A stretch of 64,000 nt of DNA from Polyangiaceae bacterium (lineage in GTDB: Bacteria > Myxococcota_A > Polyangia > Polyangiales > Polyangiaceae), in contig JBGANF010000011.1 in assembly GCA_044222475.1 (NCBI GenBank), positions 1 to 64,000 of the forward strand. The letters run 5' to 3'. The notes beneath the pieces were generated by a model, which made no database searches, was not told the DNA's origin, and saw only the letters and a list, made by a program, of their open reading frames with translations. Both the position numbers and the translations under genes were made by a program. Numbering within the stretch: the stretch's first letter is position 1; the number at the start of each line of letters is the position of its first letter. This document shows positions 1 to 9,411 of this stretch, in pieces.

Positions 1-52
1 CCGAAGGGGTGGAGAGTCGCGGCGCGCCGCGCCGCGGTGAGGGGCATCCACG

Positions 53-1294
53 CTACACCCGCGTGTGCAACACCAGGTACAACCCGAACCCCACGAAGTT
101 CGCCAACAGCACGATGATGAGCACGATCATCGCCGGGGACAGCCCCTTCGCCTTGCGCGGCGGCGTCGGCGGCGGCAGCGGCTCGATGTTGCGACGCGTC
201 TCCGCGTGCCGCGCCGGATCGCGCGGCCGAGCTGGCGCGCTCGCCGCCACCCGATCGGAGTGCGCCACCTGCGCGATCGCATCCGGCATGTTCAGCGAGT
301 CGAAGTCGATGCGCGGCGGAAGCGTGTCGTCCACGTCGAAGCCGCTCATCGTGATCGTCATCTTGCGCGCCGCCAGCGCCTCCACGAACGCGTCCGACAT
401 CTCCTTCGCGTCCGCGAAGCGCTCCTCCGGCTTCTTCGCCAGCGCGCGCTCCAGCCAACGCACCACCGGCGGCGGCAGGTCGTCGCGCAAGAGCGCCGCG
501 TCGAGCGGAGGCTGCGTCGTGATCGCCACGATGATCTCGCCGACGGTCTCGCTCTCGACGTACGGCGTCGTCCCGGTGATGCACTGGAAGGCCACCACTC
601 CGAGCGAGTACAGATCGCTGCGCCCGTCGATCGTCTTCTTCCCGAGCGCCTGCTCCGGGCTCATGTACATCGGCGTGCCCAGCAGCTGCCCGGTGATCGT
701 CAGGTTCCCGCGCGCGGCGAGCTCGCGATCGGCGCGCGCGATCCCGAAGTCCAAGATGCGCACCGAGAACCCGTCGGGCTCCTTGCAGAGGAAGATGTTC
801 TCCGGCTTGAGATCGCGGTGAACGACTCCCACGCCGTGCGCGCTCGCCAGACCCTTGCACGTCTCGACGACGATCTGGTGAACCACCTCGAGCGGGAGGG
901 GCCCGCCCGCGCGCTCGAGCCGGTGGTCGAGGTCTTCGCCGCGCAGCAGCTCCATCGCGAGGTACGGCCGACCGGTCGAGTCGTTCCCGTAGTCGAGGAT
1001 CTTCACGACATGGGGGCTCTGAATCGCCGCCGCCGCCGTCGCCTCTTGGTTGAAGCGCTTCAACGCCGTCTCGTCGCGGGCGGCGAACGCGCCGTCCATG
1101 AACTTGATCGCGACGTCGTTCTTGAGCGTGAGGTGCTGGGCAATCCACACGCTCCCCATGCCGCCCTCGCCGAGCTTCTGCGTCAGGCGGAACCTTCCCG
1201 CGATCACCTGACCAGGGGCGCGGTCTCCCGACGTTTGGGAGCCACGAATGGGGATCGGCCGTTGAACCACCAGGACCCCCAACGTAGCGCACAA
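53..1294 (-). CDS. Hanks-type Ser/Thr protein kinase with C-terminal membrane anchor (start may be GTG 1270)
   Basis: GEGGMG, VAIK, HRDLKPEN, DFG and GTPMYMSPE motifs; C-terminal hydrophobic helix. Confidence 0.95.
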   Translation of the reverse strand: MCATLGVLVVQRPIPIRGSQTSGDRAPGQVIAGRFRLTQKLGEGGMGSVWIAQHLTLKNDVAIKFMDGAFAARDETALKRFNQEATAAAAIQSPHVVKILDYGNDSTGRPYLAMELLRGEDLDHRLERAGGPLPLEVVHQIVVETCKGLASAHGVGVVHRDLKPENIFLCKEPDGFSVRILDFGIARADRELAARGNLTITGQLLGTPMYMSPEQALGKKTIDGRSDLYSLGVVAFQCITGTTPYVESETVGEIIVAITTQPPLDAALLRDDLPPPVVRWLERALAKKPEERFADAKEMSDAFVEALAARKMTITMSGFDVDDTLPPRIDFDSLNMPDAIAQVAHSDRVAASAPARPRDPARHAETRRNIEPLPPPTPPRKAKGLSPAMIVLIIVLLANFVGFGLYLVLHTRV

Positions 1295-1296
1295 TC

Positions 1297-1310
1297 GGCA
1301 CGATGCGTGC
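1297..1310 (+). promoter_or_regulatory. Putative sigma-54 promoter (GGCACGATGCGTGC)
   Basis: GG-N10-GC with GGCACG; the -12 C at 1310 lies 14 nt before ATG 1324. Confidence 0.55.
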
Positions 1311-1323
1311 TTGCATCCGCGTC

Positions 1324-1920
1324 ATGCGAAACCAGCTCTTGCTCGTTGGCCTTCTCGGCGCACTGTTCGTCGCGTGTGGCGGCAGCTCCACGACGACGCC
1401 GCAGCCCGACGCCGGCACCATCAAGGAACCCGCGGTGCATCGAGCGGCCGCCGCCGATTGTCCGACGGATCGCCCGGCCGGGACGCCGCCGTCGAACCCC
1501 GGCACCTGCACGAAAGATGCAGACTGCACGCAAGGGAAGAACGGTCGCTGCATCACGCTGACGTTCCAGTCGCCAGCGGCGTGCAGCTACGACGCGTGCG
1601 GCAAGGACTCCGAGTGCGGGAGTGCCGGAGTGTGCCAGTGCCGGGCGAAGAACGACGGGCTCGCCAACGTTTGCCGTCCAGGCAACTGCCGCACCGACTC
1701 CGACTGCGGCGTCGTCGGCAAAGGGTTCTGCTCGCCGTCCGCGGTCGACATCGACGCGAGCTGCCGCGAAGGCATCCCGGCCGGCTCGTTCGGCTACTTC
1801 TGCCACACGCCGCAGGACACGTGCTCGAACGACGCGGACTGCGGCGCGAATCAGGCCGCGTGCGTCTACGACGTCGCCAAGTCGAGCTGGGGCTGCCGCT
1901 CGCTCCTGTGCACGCTCTAG
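1324..1920 (+). CDS. Cys-rich lipoprotein
   Basis: Signal peptide with lipobox-like FVAC; repeated CxxDxDC modules. Confidence 0.8.
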   Translation: MRNQLLLVGLLGALFVACGGSSTTTPQPDAGTIKEPAVHRAAAADCPTDRPAGTPPSNPGTCTKDADCTQGKNGRCITLTFQSPAACSYDACGKDSECGSAGVCQCRAKNDGLANVCRPGNCRTDSDCGVVGKGFCSPSAVDIDASCREGIPAGSFGYFCHTPQDTCSNDADCGANQAACVYDVAKSSWGCRSLLCTL

Positions 1921-1931
1921 GAGAGCATGAA

Positions 1932-2798
1932 CTACTTCTTCCGCTTCGCCGACACGGCGTCGAGGATGTCCTCGTACTCGTCGCGGAGGTCGTACGCCTT
2001 GTCCATCGCGTACGACTCCTTCGAGGCCTTCGCGAGCGTGTCCTTGATCTTCTGGATGGTCTTGCAGCCCGACGAGAGCGTGCGGGTCAGCGTCTCGCCC
2101 GTGGTCTGGTAGAGCGCGTAGCTCGCGGAGTAGTTGCCCTCGACGTTGAACGTGACCGCCTGATCGAGGACGTCGTTCAGCTTCTTGTCGAGCGTGTCGA
2201 GATCGGCCGTCGTGCAACCTTCGACGAGGGTGACGTCACCGTAGGTCGAGCCGCTGCCGAGGCCGCCGCTGCCCGATCCGTAGCCACCACTGCCGGAGCC
2301 GTAGCCGCCGCTGCCGGAGCCGTAGCCACCGCTGCCCGATCCGTAGCTGCCGCCGGAGCCGTATCCGCTGCCGTAGCCGGAGCCGTACCCGCTGCCGTAG
2401 CCGGAGCCGTATCCGCTACCGTATCCGGAGCCGTACCCGCTGCCGGATCCGTAGCTGCCACCGGAGCCGTAGCTCCCGTAGCCGCCCGAGCCGTAGCTGC
2501 CGTAGCTCCCGTACGAGTACGGCGACGTGGTCGCGTGCGCGTCGCGGTAGCTCTTGGCGCCCGCGTACGCGATCCCGCCGACGAAGATGAACGCGAACAG
2601 CATGCCCACCGTGAGGCCCACCCACACGAGCGGGTGCACGCCCTTCGGCGGCGGCTGAAAGCCCATGGGTCCCATGGGGCCCATCGGTCCCGCGGGACCG
2701 GGAGGCGGACCGTATGGACCTCCACCACCCGGCGGAGGACCATAACCTGGGGGCGGGGCTTGAGGCGGCGGGGGCTGGTAGGGACCGTAGGGGTACAT
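1932..2798 (-). CDS. Single-pass membrane protein: Pro/Gly/Tyr N-terminus, (GSGY)n low-complexity tract, helical C-terminal domain
   Basis: 288-aa ORF with a clear TM helix; repeats preserve the reading frame. Confidence 0.75.
   Translation of the reverse strand: MYPYGPYQPPPPQAPPPGYGPPPGGGGPYGPPPGPAGPMGPMGPMGFQPPPKGVHPLVWVGLTVGMLFAFIFVGGIAYAGAKSYRDAHATTSPYSYGSYGSYGSGGYGSYGSGGSYGSGSGYGSGYGSGYGSGYGSGYGSGYGSGYGSGGSYGSGSGGYGSGSGGYGSGSGGYGSGSGGLGSGSTYGDVTLVEGCTTADLDTLDKKLNDVLDQAVTFNVEGNYSASYALYQTTGETLTRTLSSGCKTIQKIKDTLAKASKESYAMDKAYDLRDEYEDILDAVSAKRKK
2250..2520 (-). repeat. Coding Gly-Ser-Tyr repeats (mostly 12-nt units, degenerate)
   Basis: Repeated CCGTAGCCG/CCGCTGCCG units encoding GSGY and GSGSGGY; boundaries approximate. 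Confidence 0.85.
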
Positions 2799-2829
2799 GC
2801 GTGCTCGCTGCGAAGAGGGTACGAGAGGA

Positions 2830-3207
2830 TCAGCGCGTGCGCCCGAAAATCAGGCGGACCGTCGCTGCAGTGACGAGGAGCTTGGCGAGGAGGATCGGGG
2901 CCGCCGGCAGCGGCTCCCACGAAGGGATGATCCAGAGGATTTCGCCCACGATGCCGCCGCCGAGGGCCATGCCCCAGGCGAGCTTTCCCTCCGGAATCGC
3001 GCGGATCCCACGGCCCGCGAACACGACGTCGACCGTGGCGAAGCTCAGGGCCAGGCCGATCCCGAGCGCGCCAGCCCGCGCGAGCTCCCTCATCAGGGGC
3101 TCGTCCGTCCACCCCAGGCGGAACACCAGGGTCACCAGCACGAAGCCGAGGATCGACCCGGCAAACGTGGGCCAGAGCCAGTCGCGGACCGATCCAAGCC
3201 GACTCAC
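2830..3207 (-). CDS. Putative small multi-pass membrane protein (start uncertain)
   Basis: About four hydrophobic segments; fills the gap between flanking genes. Confidence 0.5.
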   Translation of the reverse strand: MSRLGSVRDWLWPTFAGSILGFVLVTLVFRLGWTDEPLMRELARAGALGIGLALSFATVDVVFAGRGIRAIPEGKLAWGMALGGGIVGEILWIIPSWEPLPAAPILLAKLLVTAATVRLIFGRTR

Positions 3208-3296
3208 GACGCCTGGTACGAGCAGCCACGGATGGTCCTTCCCGACCGCTTGGCGACGGGTTGCGACCGCTGACGGATTGCGGGCGTGCGTGCGCC

Positions 3297-4103
3297 ATGG
3301 TAGCTCGCGTATCTCCACAGCAAATGCATCACCTCGTCGAAGCCCGGAACCTCCCGTCCCACGTCGGCATCATCATGGATGGCAACGGCCGCTGGGCCCA
3401 GATGCGCGGGCTCCCGCGCGTCAAAGGCCATCGCGAGGGCTCGCAAGCCGTGCGCCGCACGGTGCGCGCTGCTCGTCGCCTCGGCTTGAAGGCCCTCACG
3501 CTGTACGCCTTCAGCGAACAGAACTGGGCGCGCCCCGGTGACGAGGTCGACGCACTCATGGAGCTCCTCCGCGAGTTCTTGCTCTCGGAGCGGGACGAGA
3601 TCCTCGAGAACGGGATCCGCCTCAACGCCATCGGCAACCTCGGTCGCTTGCCGGGCATCGTCCGCGCCGTCCTCGATCCGCTGCGTAGCGCGAGCGAAGG
3701 CAACGACGAGATGACGCTGACGCTCGCCCTGAGCTACGGCGGTCGCGAGGAGATCGCCGCCGCCGCCCGCGAGCTCGCGCGTCGCGTCGCGTCGGGCCGC
3801 ATCGGCGCCGACGACGTCACCGCCGACGCCATGCACGAGCTCATGCCGAGCCTCACCGTCGGCGATCCCGATCTCGTCATCCGCACCGGCGGCGAGCGCC
3901 GCATCTCGAACTTCCTCTTGTACGGGCTCGCCTACGCGGAGCTCCACTTCTGCGACGCGCTCTGGCCCGACTTCGGCGCCGACGAGCTGTACGAAGCCAT
4001 CGCCAGCTTCCAGGCGCGCGAGCGCCGGTTCGGCAAGGTCGGCAAGCCGGCCGCGCAGACGATCCCGGGGCCGCCGGCCTCGGTGACGCGGATCGCGATC
4101 TGA
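3297..4103 (+). CDS. uppS: Undecaprenyl/polyprenyl diphosphate synthase
   Basis: HVGIIMDGNGRWA, YAFSEQNW, LSYGGREEI, DLVIRTGGERRISNFLL. Confidence 0.97.
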   Translation: MVARVSPQQMHHLVEARNLPSHVGIIMDGNGRWAQMRGLPRVKGHREGSQAVRRTVRAARRLGLKALTLYAFSEQNWARPGDEVDALMELLREFLLSERDEILENGIRLNAIGNLGRLPGIVRAVLDPLRSASEGNDEMTLTLALSYGGREEIAAAARELARRVASGRIGADDVTADAMHELMPSLTVGDPDLVIRTGGERRISNFLLYGLAYAELHFCDALWPDFGADELYEAIASFQARERRFGKVGKPAAQTIPGPPASVTRIAI

Positions 4104-4114
4104 AAGCGATTCGC

Positions 4115-4972
4115 GTGGCGGAAGAGTCGAAAGTCGAGGCCAAGAAGGCCAACTCGAACCTCGTCGTTCGCATCGGGACCGCGGTCGTCGCCGTCCCGCT
4201 CATCCTTCTGCTCCTCTACAAGGGGCCGCCGTGGGGGCTCTACCTCTTGGCGCTCCCCGCGCTGCTCATCGGGTCGTACGAGCTCTTCTCGATGACCCAC
4301 CCCGGCGACAAGCCGTCACAGCTCATCGGCGTCGCGATGGCCGGCGCCGTATCGGCGACATTGTACTTTCTTGGTACCGACCTGCGGTACGTGATCGCGA
4401 TCCTCGCGATCGTGCCGGTGAGCGGGCCGCTCATCACGCTGATTCGCCTCGGCGACATCAAGACGACGGCGCTTCGATCGACGGCGATGGGCATGGGCCC
4501 GATCTACGTGGCCGCACCGCTCACGTTCCTCGCGATGATGAACCGCGACGTCCCAAATAGGGACGGACCGAGCTACGTCGTCATGACGCTCATGTTCGCG
4601 TGGTTCAGCGACACCGGCGGCTACTTCGCCGGTCGCTTCCTCGGCAAGCACAAGCTCTACGAGGCGGTGTCGCCGAAGAAGACGATCGAAGGCGCGATCG
4701 GCGGCCTTTGCGGCAGCGCCCTGGGCGCGGTGCTCGCGCACTTCTGGTTCCTGCCCAGCCTCTCGCTGGCGCACGGCATCCCGCTCGCGATCGTCGCCGG
4801 TGGGCTCGGTCAGGCCGGCGACCTCGGCGAGTCGCTCATCAAGCGCGCGACCGGCGTGAAGGACTCGGGCGCGATCGTCCCCGGCCACGGCGGCATCCTC
4901 GATCGCGTGGACGCGCTCCTGCTGACCAGCACCGTGACGTTCCTCTACACGCTGTTCGTGGTCGGCCGATGA
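4115..4972 (+). CDS. cdsA: Phosphatidate cytidylyltransferase
   Basis: SDTGGYFAG, SPKKTIEG, GDLGESLIKR..GVKDSG..PGHGGILDRVD; follows uppS. Confidence 0.97.
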   Translation: MAEESKVEAKKANSNLVVRIGTAVVAVPLILLLLYKGPPWGLYLLALPALLIGSYELFSMTHPGDKPSQLIGVAMAGAVSATLYFLGTDLRYVIAILAIVPVSGPLITLIRLGDIKTTALRSTAMGMGPIYVAAPLTFLAMMNRDVPNRDGPSYVVMTLMFAWFSDTGGYFAGRFLGKHKLYEAVSPKKTIEGAIGGLCGSALGAVLAHFWFLPSLSLAHGIPLAIVAGGLGQAGDLGESLIKRATGVKDSGAIVPGHGGILDRVDALLLTSTVTFLYTLFVVGR

Positions 4973-5451
4973 CCACGCTCCGTCTCGCTTCGATCGAGCA
5001 TCGCGAGCTCGTCTCCGCGCGCACCGGCGAGCCGTTCGCGTTCTCGGCGGTCGTCTCGGAGCTGCTCGGCGTGCGGTCGCTCTTCATCCACCACGACGTG
5101 ATCCCGCCGGGCCGGCGCGCGTCGGGGCGGCATTTCCACACCGAGCGCGACGAGGTCGTCATCGTCCTCGAAGGTACGGTCCAGTACGACCGCGGCGGCG
5201 CGCGCGGGGTCGCTCACGCCGGCGACGCGATCGGCTTCCCGGCCGGCGAGGCGTCGGCCCACGCCATCGAGAACCACTCCAGCGAGCCCGCGACGATCCT
5301 CGTGGTGTCGAACGCGGCCAAGGCCGACGTGACGATTCACGTGGAGCACGAGCAGCACGAGGCCATGACGCCCGTGATCCGGCCCGTGAAGAAGAAGGCG
5401 AGACGGAAGGCGACGAAGAAAAGCCGCGCTCGCGAGATGACCGAACGCTGA
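4969..5451 (+). CDS. Cupin-domain protein with basic C-terminal tail
   Basis: HFHTERDE..VLEG and GDAIGFPAG..H cupin motifs; ATGA overlap with the cdsA stop. Confidence 0.85.
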   Translation: MTTLRLASIEHRELVSARTGEPFAFSAVVSELLGVRSLFIHHDVIPPGRRASGRHFHTERDEVVIVLEGTVQYDRGGARGVAHAGDAIGFPAGEASAHAIENHSSEPATILVVSNAAKADVTIHVEHEQHEAMTPVIRPVKKKARRKATKKSRAREMTER

Positions 5452-5487
5452 CGGTAGTCGCGGCCGAGGCTCGCTAGGTTGGGAGCG

Positions 5488-6486
5488 ATGTCCATCGCCG
5501 TCCTCGTCAACGTGCGCTCGCGCCATGGGTCCGAGTCGGTGGGGCAGGAGATCCGCCGCATCCTCCCGGACGCGCGGGTCGCGGTGACGCACTCGCTGGA
5601 GGACGCGCGCGCGTGGGTTCGAGACGATTTGGTGCCGAGGCGCCCGGACGTCCTCCTGTCCGGCGGCGGCGACGGCACCGCGGTGGCGCTCCTGAACGAG
5701 CTGCGCGATCACGGCGTCTCGGTGCCCGCGTTCGGGCTGCTCCCGTTCGGCACCGGCAACGGCTGGGCGCGCGCGACGGGGAAGACGATGGGAAAGCGCG
5801 GCGCGCTCCAGCGCATCGCGGCGCTGCGGGGCGCCGCGGCTCCACCGCTTCGCACGTTCGACCTCGTCGAGACCGAGGGCCGCATCACGCCGTTCGCCGG
5901 GACCGGGTGGGACGCCGAAGTGCTTGCAGATTACAAGCGATTCACGGAGTCCGCGCCGTCGGTGCTGAAGAACCTCGGCGGCGCGACGGGGGGCTACCTG
6001 CAGAGCCTCTTCACGCGGACGATCCCGCGTCACCTCGGTCGCTACGTTCCTCCGCGCGTTCGCGTCGTGAACCTCGGCGAGCCGGCGATGCGCGCCGACG
6101 ATCGAGGTCGCGCCGTGCCGATCCCCGGCGGCGGCACCGGAGCGGTGATCTACGAAGGACCGATCAGCGTGGGCGGCGCGGCGACGACCGAAGAGCTCGG
6201 GCTGGGCTTCCGCGCGTTCCCGTTCGCGCACCTCGTCCCGGGCAAGATGTGCGTGCGCATCTATGCGGCGTCCACCCTGAGCGCGACGCTTCGGATGGTG
6301 TCGCTGTGGCGCGGAGTGCATCCGCTCCCCGACGATCATCACTTCTTCCTGACCCACTGTCGCTTCGAGTTCGATCGCCCGGTGCCCTTCGAGATCGGCG
6401 GGGATCTCCTGGGCGATCGCACCGCGATCGAGCTGCGGCGAGTGCCGGATGCGGTGCGCATGATCGACTGGCTCGAACCCAGCTAG
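5488..6486 (+). CDS. Diacylglycerol kinase family lipid kinase
   Basis: SGGGDGT, LPFGTGNGWA, GTGWDA, FEIGGD. Confidence 0.9.
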   Translation: MSIAVLVNVRSRHGSESVGQEIRRILPDARVAVTHSLEDARAWVRDDLVPRRPDVLLSGGGDGTAVALLNELRDHGVSVPAFGLLPFGTGNGWARATGKTMGKRGALQRIAALRGAAAPPLRTFDLVETEGRITPFAGTGWDAEVLADYKRFTESAPSVLKNLGGATGGYLQSLFTRTIPRHLGRYVPPRVRVVNLGEPAMRADDRGRAVPIPGGGTGAVIYEGPISVGGAATTEELGLGFRAFPFAHLVPGKMCVRIYAASTLSATLRMVSLWRGVHPLPDDHHFFLTHCRFEFDRPVPFEIGGDLLGDRTAIELRRVPDAVRMIDWLEPS

Positions 6487-6500
6487 TGTAGGAAGAATCC

Positions 6501-7169
6501 ATGATCCCTTGGACGGAGTGCGCGCGGGTTTCGCTCCCCTCCGGGGGTCACCTGACGCTGCGCCGTCGGAACACCGAGTTCTCGGTCAGCGTCGACGGCG
6601 TCACGCTGATGAACAGCCAGAGCCACTACTCCGAGGAGCAGCTCGCCGCGCTCGGGTGCGCGCACCTCGTCGGTCAGCCGAAGGCACGCGTGCTCGTCGG
6701 CGGACTCGGGATGGGCTTCACCTTGCGCGCCGCGCTCGACCTGCTCCCGAGCGACGCATCGGTCGAGGTCGCCGAGCTCATCCCCGAGGTCGTCGAGTGG
6801 AACCGCGGGCCGCTCGCCGATCTCGCGAAGCGACCGCTCGATGATCCTCGCACCGTCGTGCGAAGCGAAGACGTGCGCGCGACGCTCCATCGCGCCCGCG
6901 ACGCCTACGACGCCGTGCTCCTCGACGTCGACAACGGGCCGGTCGCGCTCACGACGTCGTCGAACGAAGCCCTCTACTCGAACCTCGGGCTCCGCACGAT
7001 CGCCCGCGCCCTCCGACGCCAAGGCGTGCTCGCGGTGTGGTCGGCCGGCGAGGACGGCGCGTTCACCCGGCGCCTGCGCGCCAACGGGTTTCACTCGCGA
7101 AAAAAGCGGGTCTCCGCTCGCCCCGGCGGGAACGCCGTCCACGACCTCTGGCTCGCGACGAAGACGTGA
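6501..7169 (+). CDS. Spermidine-synthase-like SAM-dependent methyltransferase-fold protein
   Basis: LMNS, VLVGGLGMGFT, LLDVDNGP. Confidence 0.88.
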   Translation: MIPWTECARVSLPSGGHLTLRRRNTEFSVSVDGVTLMNSQSHYSEEQLAALGCAHLVGQPKARVLVGGLGMGFTLRAALDLLPSDASVEVAELIPEVVEWNRGPLADLAKRPLDDPRTVVRSEDVRATLHRARDAYDAVLLDVDNGPVALTTSSNEALYSNLGLRTIARALRRQGVLAVWSAGEDGAFTRRLRANGFHSRKKRVSARPGGNAVHDLWLATKT

Positions 7170-7271
7170 CGCGAAAAGCTTTCGCGCAAAAAGTAACGCT
7201 ACGCGTCACGAATTTCCTCACTAGAATCCGCGGCTGAACCCCCAACGACGCGTCATTTCGAGGAAACGTTC

Positions 7272-8597
7272 ATGACGACCAAGACTCCGAGCTCCACGTC
7301 CATCCCCGCCGCCCCGAGCTCCATGCGGACGCTCGCTCCAGGCGAGTACGACTTCTTCAAGGTCGTCCAGGGCTACCTCGACGCGGCAGCCAAAGTGATC
7401 AACCTCGCGCCCCACGTCGCGACGATCCTCAGCCAGCCGAAGAACGAGATCATCGTGAACTTCCCGGTGAGGATGGACAGCGGAGAGATTCGCCTCTTCA
7501 AGGGCTACCGCGTCCAGCACAACAACATCCTCGGGCCGTTCAAGGGCGGCATCCGCTACGCCCCGATGGTCACCCTCGACGAGGTCAAAGCCCTCGCGAC
7601 CATGATGACGTGGAAGGGCTCGCTCATGGGCCTCCCGTACGGCGGCGGCAAGGGCGGCATCAAGTTCGATCCGCGCGCGCAGTCGCTCGGCGAGCTGCAG
7701 CGCATCACGCGCCGCTTCACGCACGCTCTCGGCGAGAACATCGGACCCGAGTACGACATCCCCGCGCCCGACATGGGCACGAACAGCCAGACGATGGCGT
7801 GGATGATGGACACGTACTCGAACATGGTCGGCTCGGCGCAGAAGCAAGGCGTCAAGGGCGTGGTCACCGGCAAGCCCGTCGCGAGCGGCGGCACGCTCGG
7901 CCGCACCAAGGCGACCGGTCAGGGCATGGTCCACTGCCTCACCGAGTGGGCGAAGGATCGCGGCTTCAACCTCGAAGGCTCGACGATGATCGTGCAGGGC
8001 TTCGGCAACGTCGGCTCGCACTTCGCCGTCATCCTGTCGAAGCTCGGCGTGTCGACGATCGCCGTCGGCGATCACTCGGGCTACCTGTCCAACCCCGAGG
8101 GCTTCAACGCGCACAAGCTCCAGGATCACGTCGAGAAGCACGGCAGCATCGCCGGCTACCCCGGCGGCAAGCCGATCACGCGCGAAGAGTTCTGGGCGAC
8201 CAAGGCCGACATCTGCGCGCCCTGCGCGCTCGAGAACCAGATCGGCGAGGCGGAAGCCGCGGCGATCCAGGCGAAGGTCGTCGTCGAGGGCGCGAACGGT
8301 CCGCTCCACCCGGCCGGCGAGAAGATCCTCCTCGACCGCGGCATCGACATCCTTCCGGACGTCCTCGCGAACTCGGGCGGCGTCACTGTCAGCTACTACG
8401 AGTGGGCGCAGAACAAGCGCTCCGAGGCGTGGACGCTCGAAGAGGTCGACGACAAGCTCGAGCGCGCGATGAAGCGCGTCTATCGCGACGTCGACAACTT
8501 CGTGCGCCAGCGCAAGGTCGATCGTCGAATCGCGTCGTACGCCCTCGCGCTGCAGCGCATCGAGAACGTCTACCGCGAGCGCGAGATCTTCCCCTGA
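7272..8597 (+). CDS. gdhA: Glu/Leu/Phe/Val dehydrogenase (glutamate dehydrogenase)
   Basis: GPFKGGIRY, GGGKGGI, DIPAPDMGT, QGFGNVG, EGANGP, NSGGVTVSYYEW. Confidence 0.95.
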   Translation: MTTKTPSSTSIPAAPSSMRTLAPGEYDFFKVVQGYLDAAAKVINLAPHVATILSQPKNEIIVNFPVRMDSGEIRLFKGYRVQHNNILGPFKGGIRYAPMVTLDEVKALATMMTWKGSLMGLPYGGGKGGIKFDPRAQSLGELQRITRRFTHALGENIGPEYDIPAPDMGTNSQTMAWMMDTYSNMVGSAQKQGVKGVVTGKPVASGGTLGRTKATGQGMVHCLTEWAKDRGFNLEGSTMIVQGFGNVGSHFAVILSKLGVSTIAVGDHSGYLSNPEGFNAHKLQDHVEKHGSIAGYPGGKPITREEFWATKADICAPCALENQIGEAEAAAIQAKVVVEGANGPLHPAGEKILLDRGIDILPDVLANSGGVTVSYYEWAQNKRSEAWTLEEVDDKLERAMKRVYRDVDNFVRQRKVDRRIASYALALQRIENVYREREIFP

Positions 8598-8601
8598 CGC
8601 G

Positions 8602-9411
8602 ATGTACGTGAAGACGCGGCTCGGCCGCTTGTTCTACGAGGAGCTCGGCACGGTTCGCCCCAACGCGCCGACGATCGTGCTGTGGCATTCGTTCCTCTGC
8701 GACGGCGGCATGTGGGACGGACAGCGCGCCGCGCTGGCCGAGCTCGGTCGCGTCATCGTGTTCGACGGTCACGGGCACGGCAAGAGCGAGGCGCCGGGTG
8801 CGCACTCGCTCGAAGACGGCGCGGACTCGCTCGTCGAGGCGCTCGACGCGCTGAAGATCGAGCGCGCCGCGTTCGTCGGTCTGTCGTGGGGCGGGATGCT
8901 CTCGATGCGGGTCGCGCTCCGCGCACCGCACCGCGTGTCCGCGCTCTGCCTGCTCGACACGAGCGCCAGCCCCGAGCTCGTCGGCAAGCAGCTCAAGTAC
9001 CGAGCGATGCTGTCGACGTTCCGCCGCGTCGGGCTCCCGCGCGTCATCGTCGATCGCCAGGTCGTCCCCCTCATGTTCGCCTCGGGGACGCGCGCCGCGC
9101 GGCCCGACGTGATCGAGGGTTGGATCCGCGATCTCGAGGGCTTCTCGCGCGAGGGCGTGTACCGCGTCGGTCGCGCGATCTTCTGGCGCGACGACATCGT
9201 GCCGAGCCTCGCGCGGATCAAGGCGAAGACCCTCGTCGTGTGCGGCACGGAAGACGTCGCGACTCCGCCCGAGCGCTCGCGCGAGATCGCCGATCGGATC
9301 GACGGAGCGCGCCTCGTGATGATCCCGAACGCGGCGCACCTCTCCACGATCGACGCGCCGTCGGCGGTGAACGCGGAGCTCGTGCCCTTCCTCCGTCAGT
9401 CGCTCGGATGA
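8602..9411 (+). CDS. Alpha/beta-fold hydrolase
   Basis: GHGKS, GLSWGG nucleophile elbow, D and H triad candidates (GTED, AAHL). Confidence 0.92.
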   Translation: MYVKTRLGRLFYEELGTVRPNAPTIVLWHSFLCDGGMWDGQRAALAELGRVIVFDGHGHGKSEAPGAHSLEDGADSLVEALDALKIERAAFVGLSWGGMLSMRVALRAPHRVSALCLLDTSASPELVGKQLKYRAMLSTFRRVGLPRVIVDRQVVPLMFASGTRAARPDVIEGWIRDLEGFSREGVYRVGRAIFWRDDIVPSLARIKAKTLVVCGTEDVATPPERSREIADRIDGARLVMIPNAAHLSTIDAPSAVNAELVPFLRQSLG

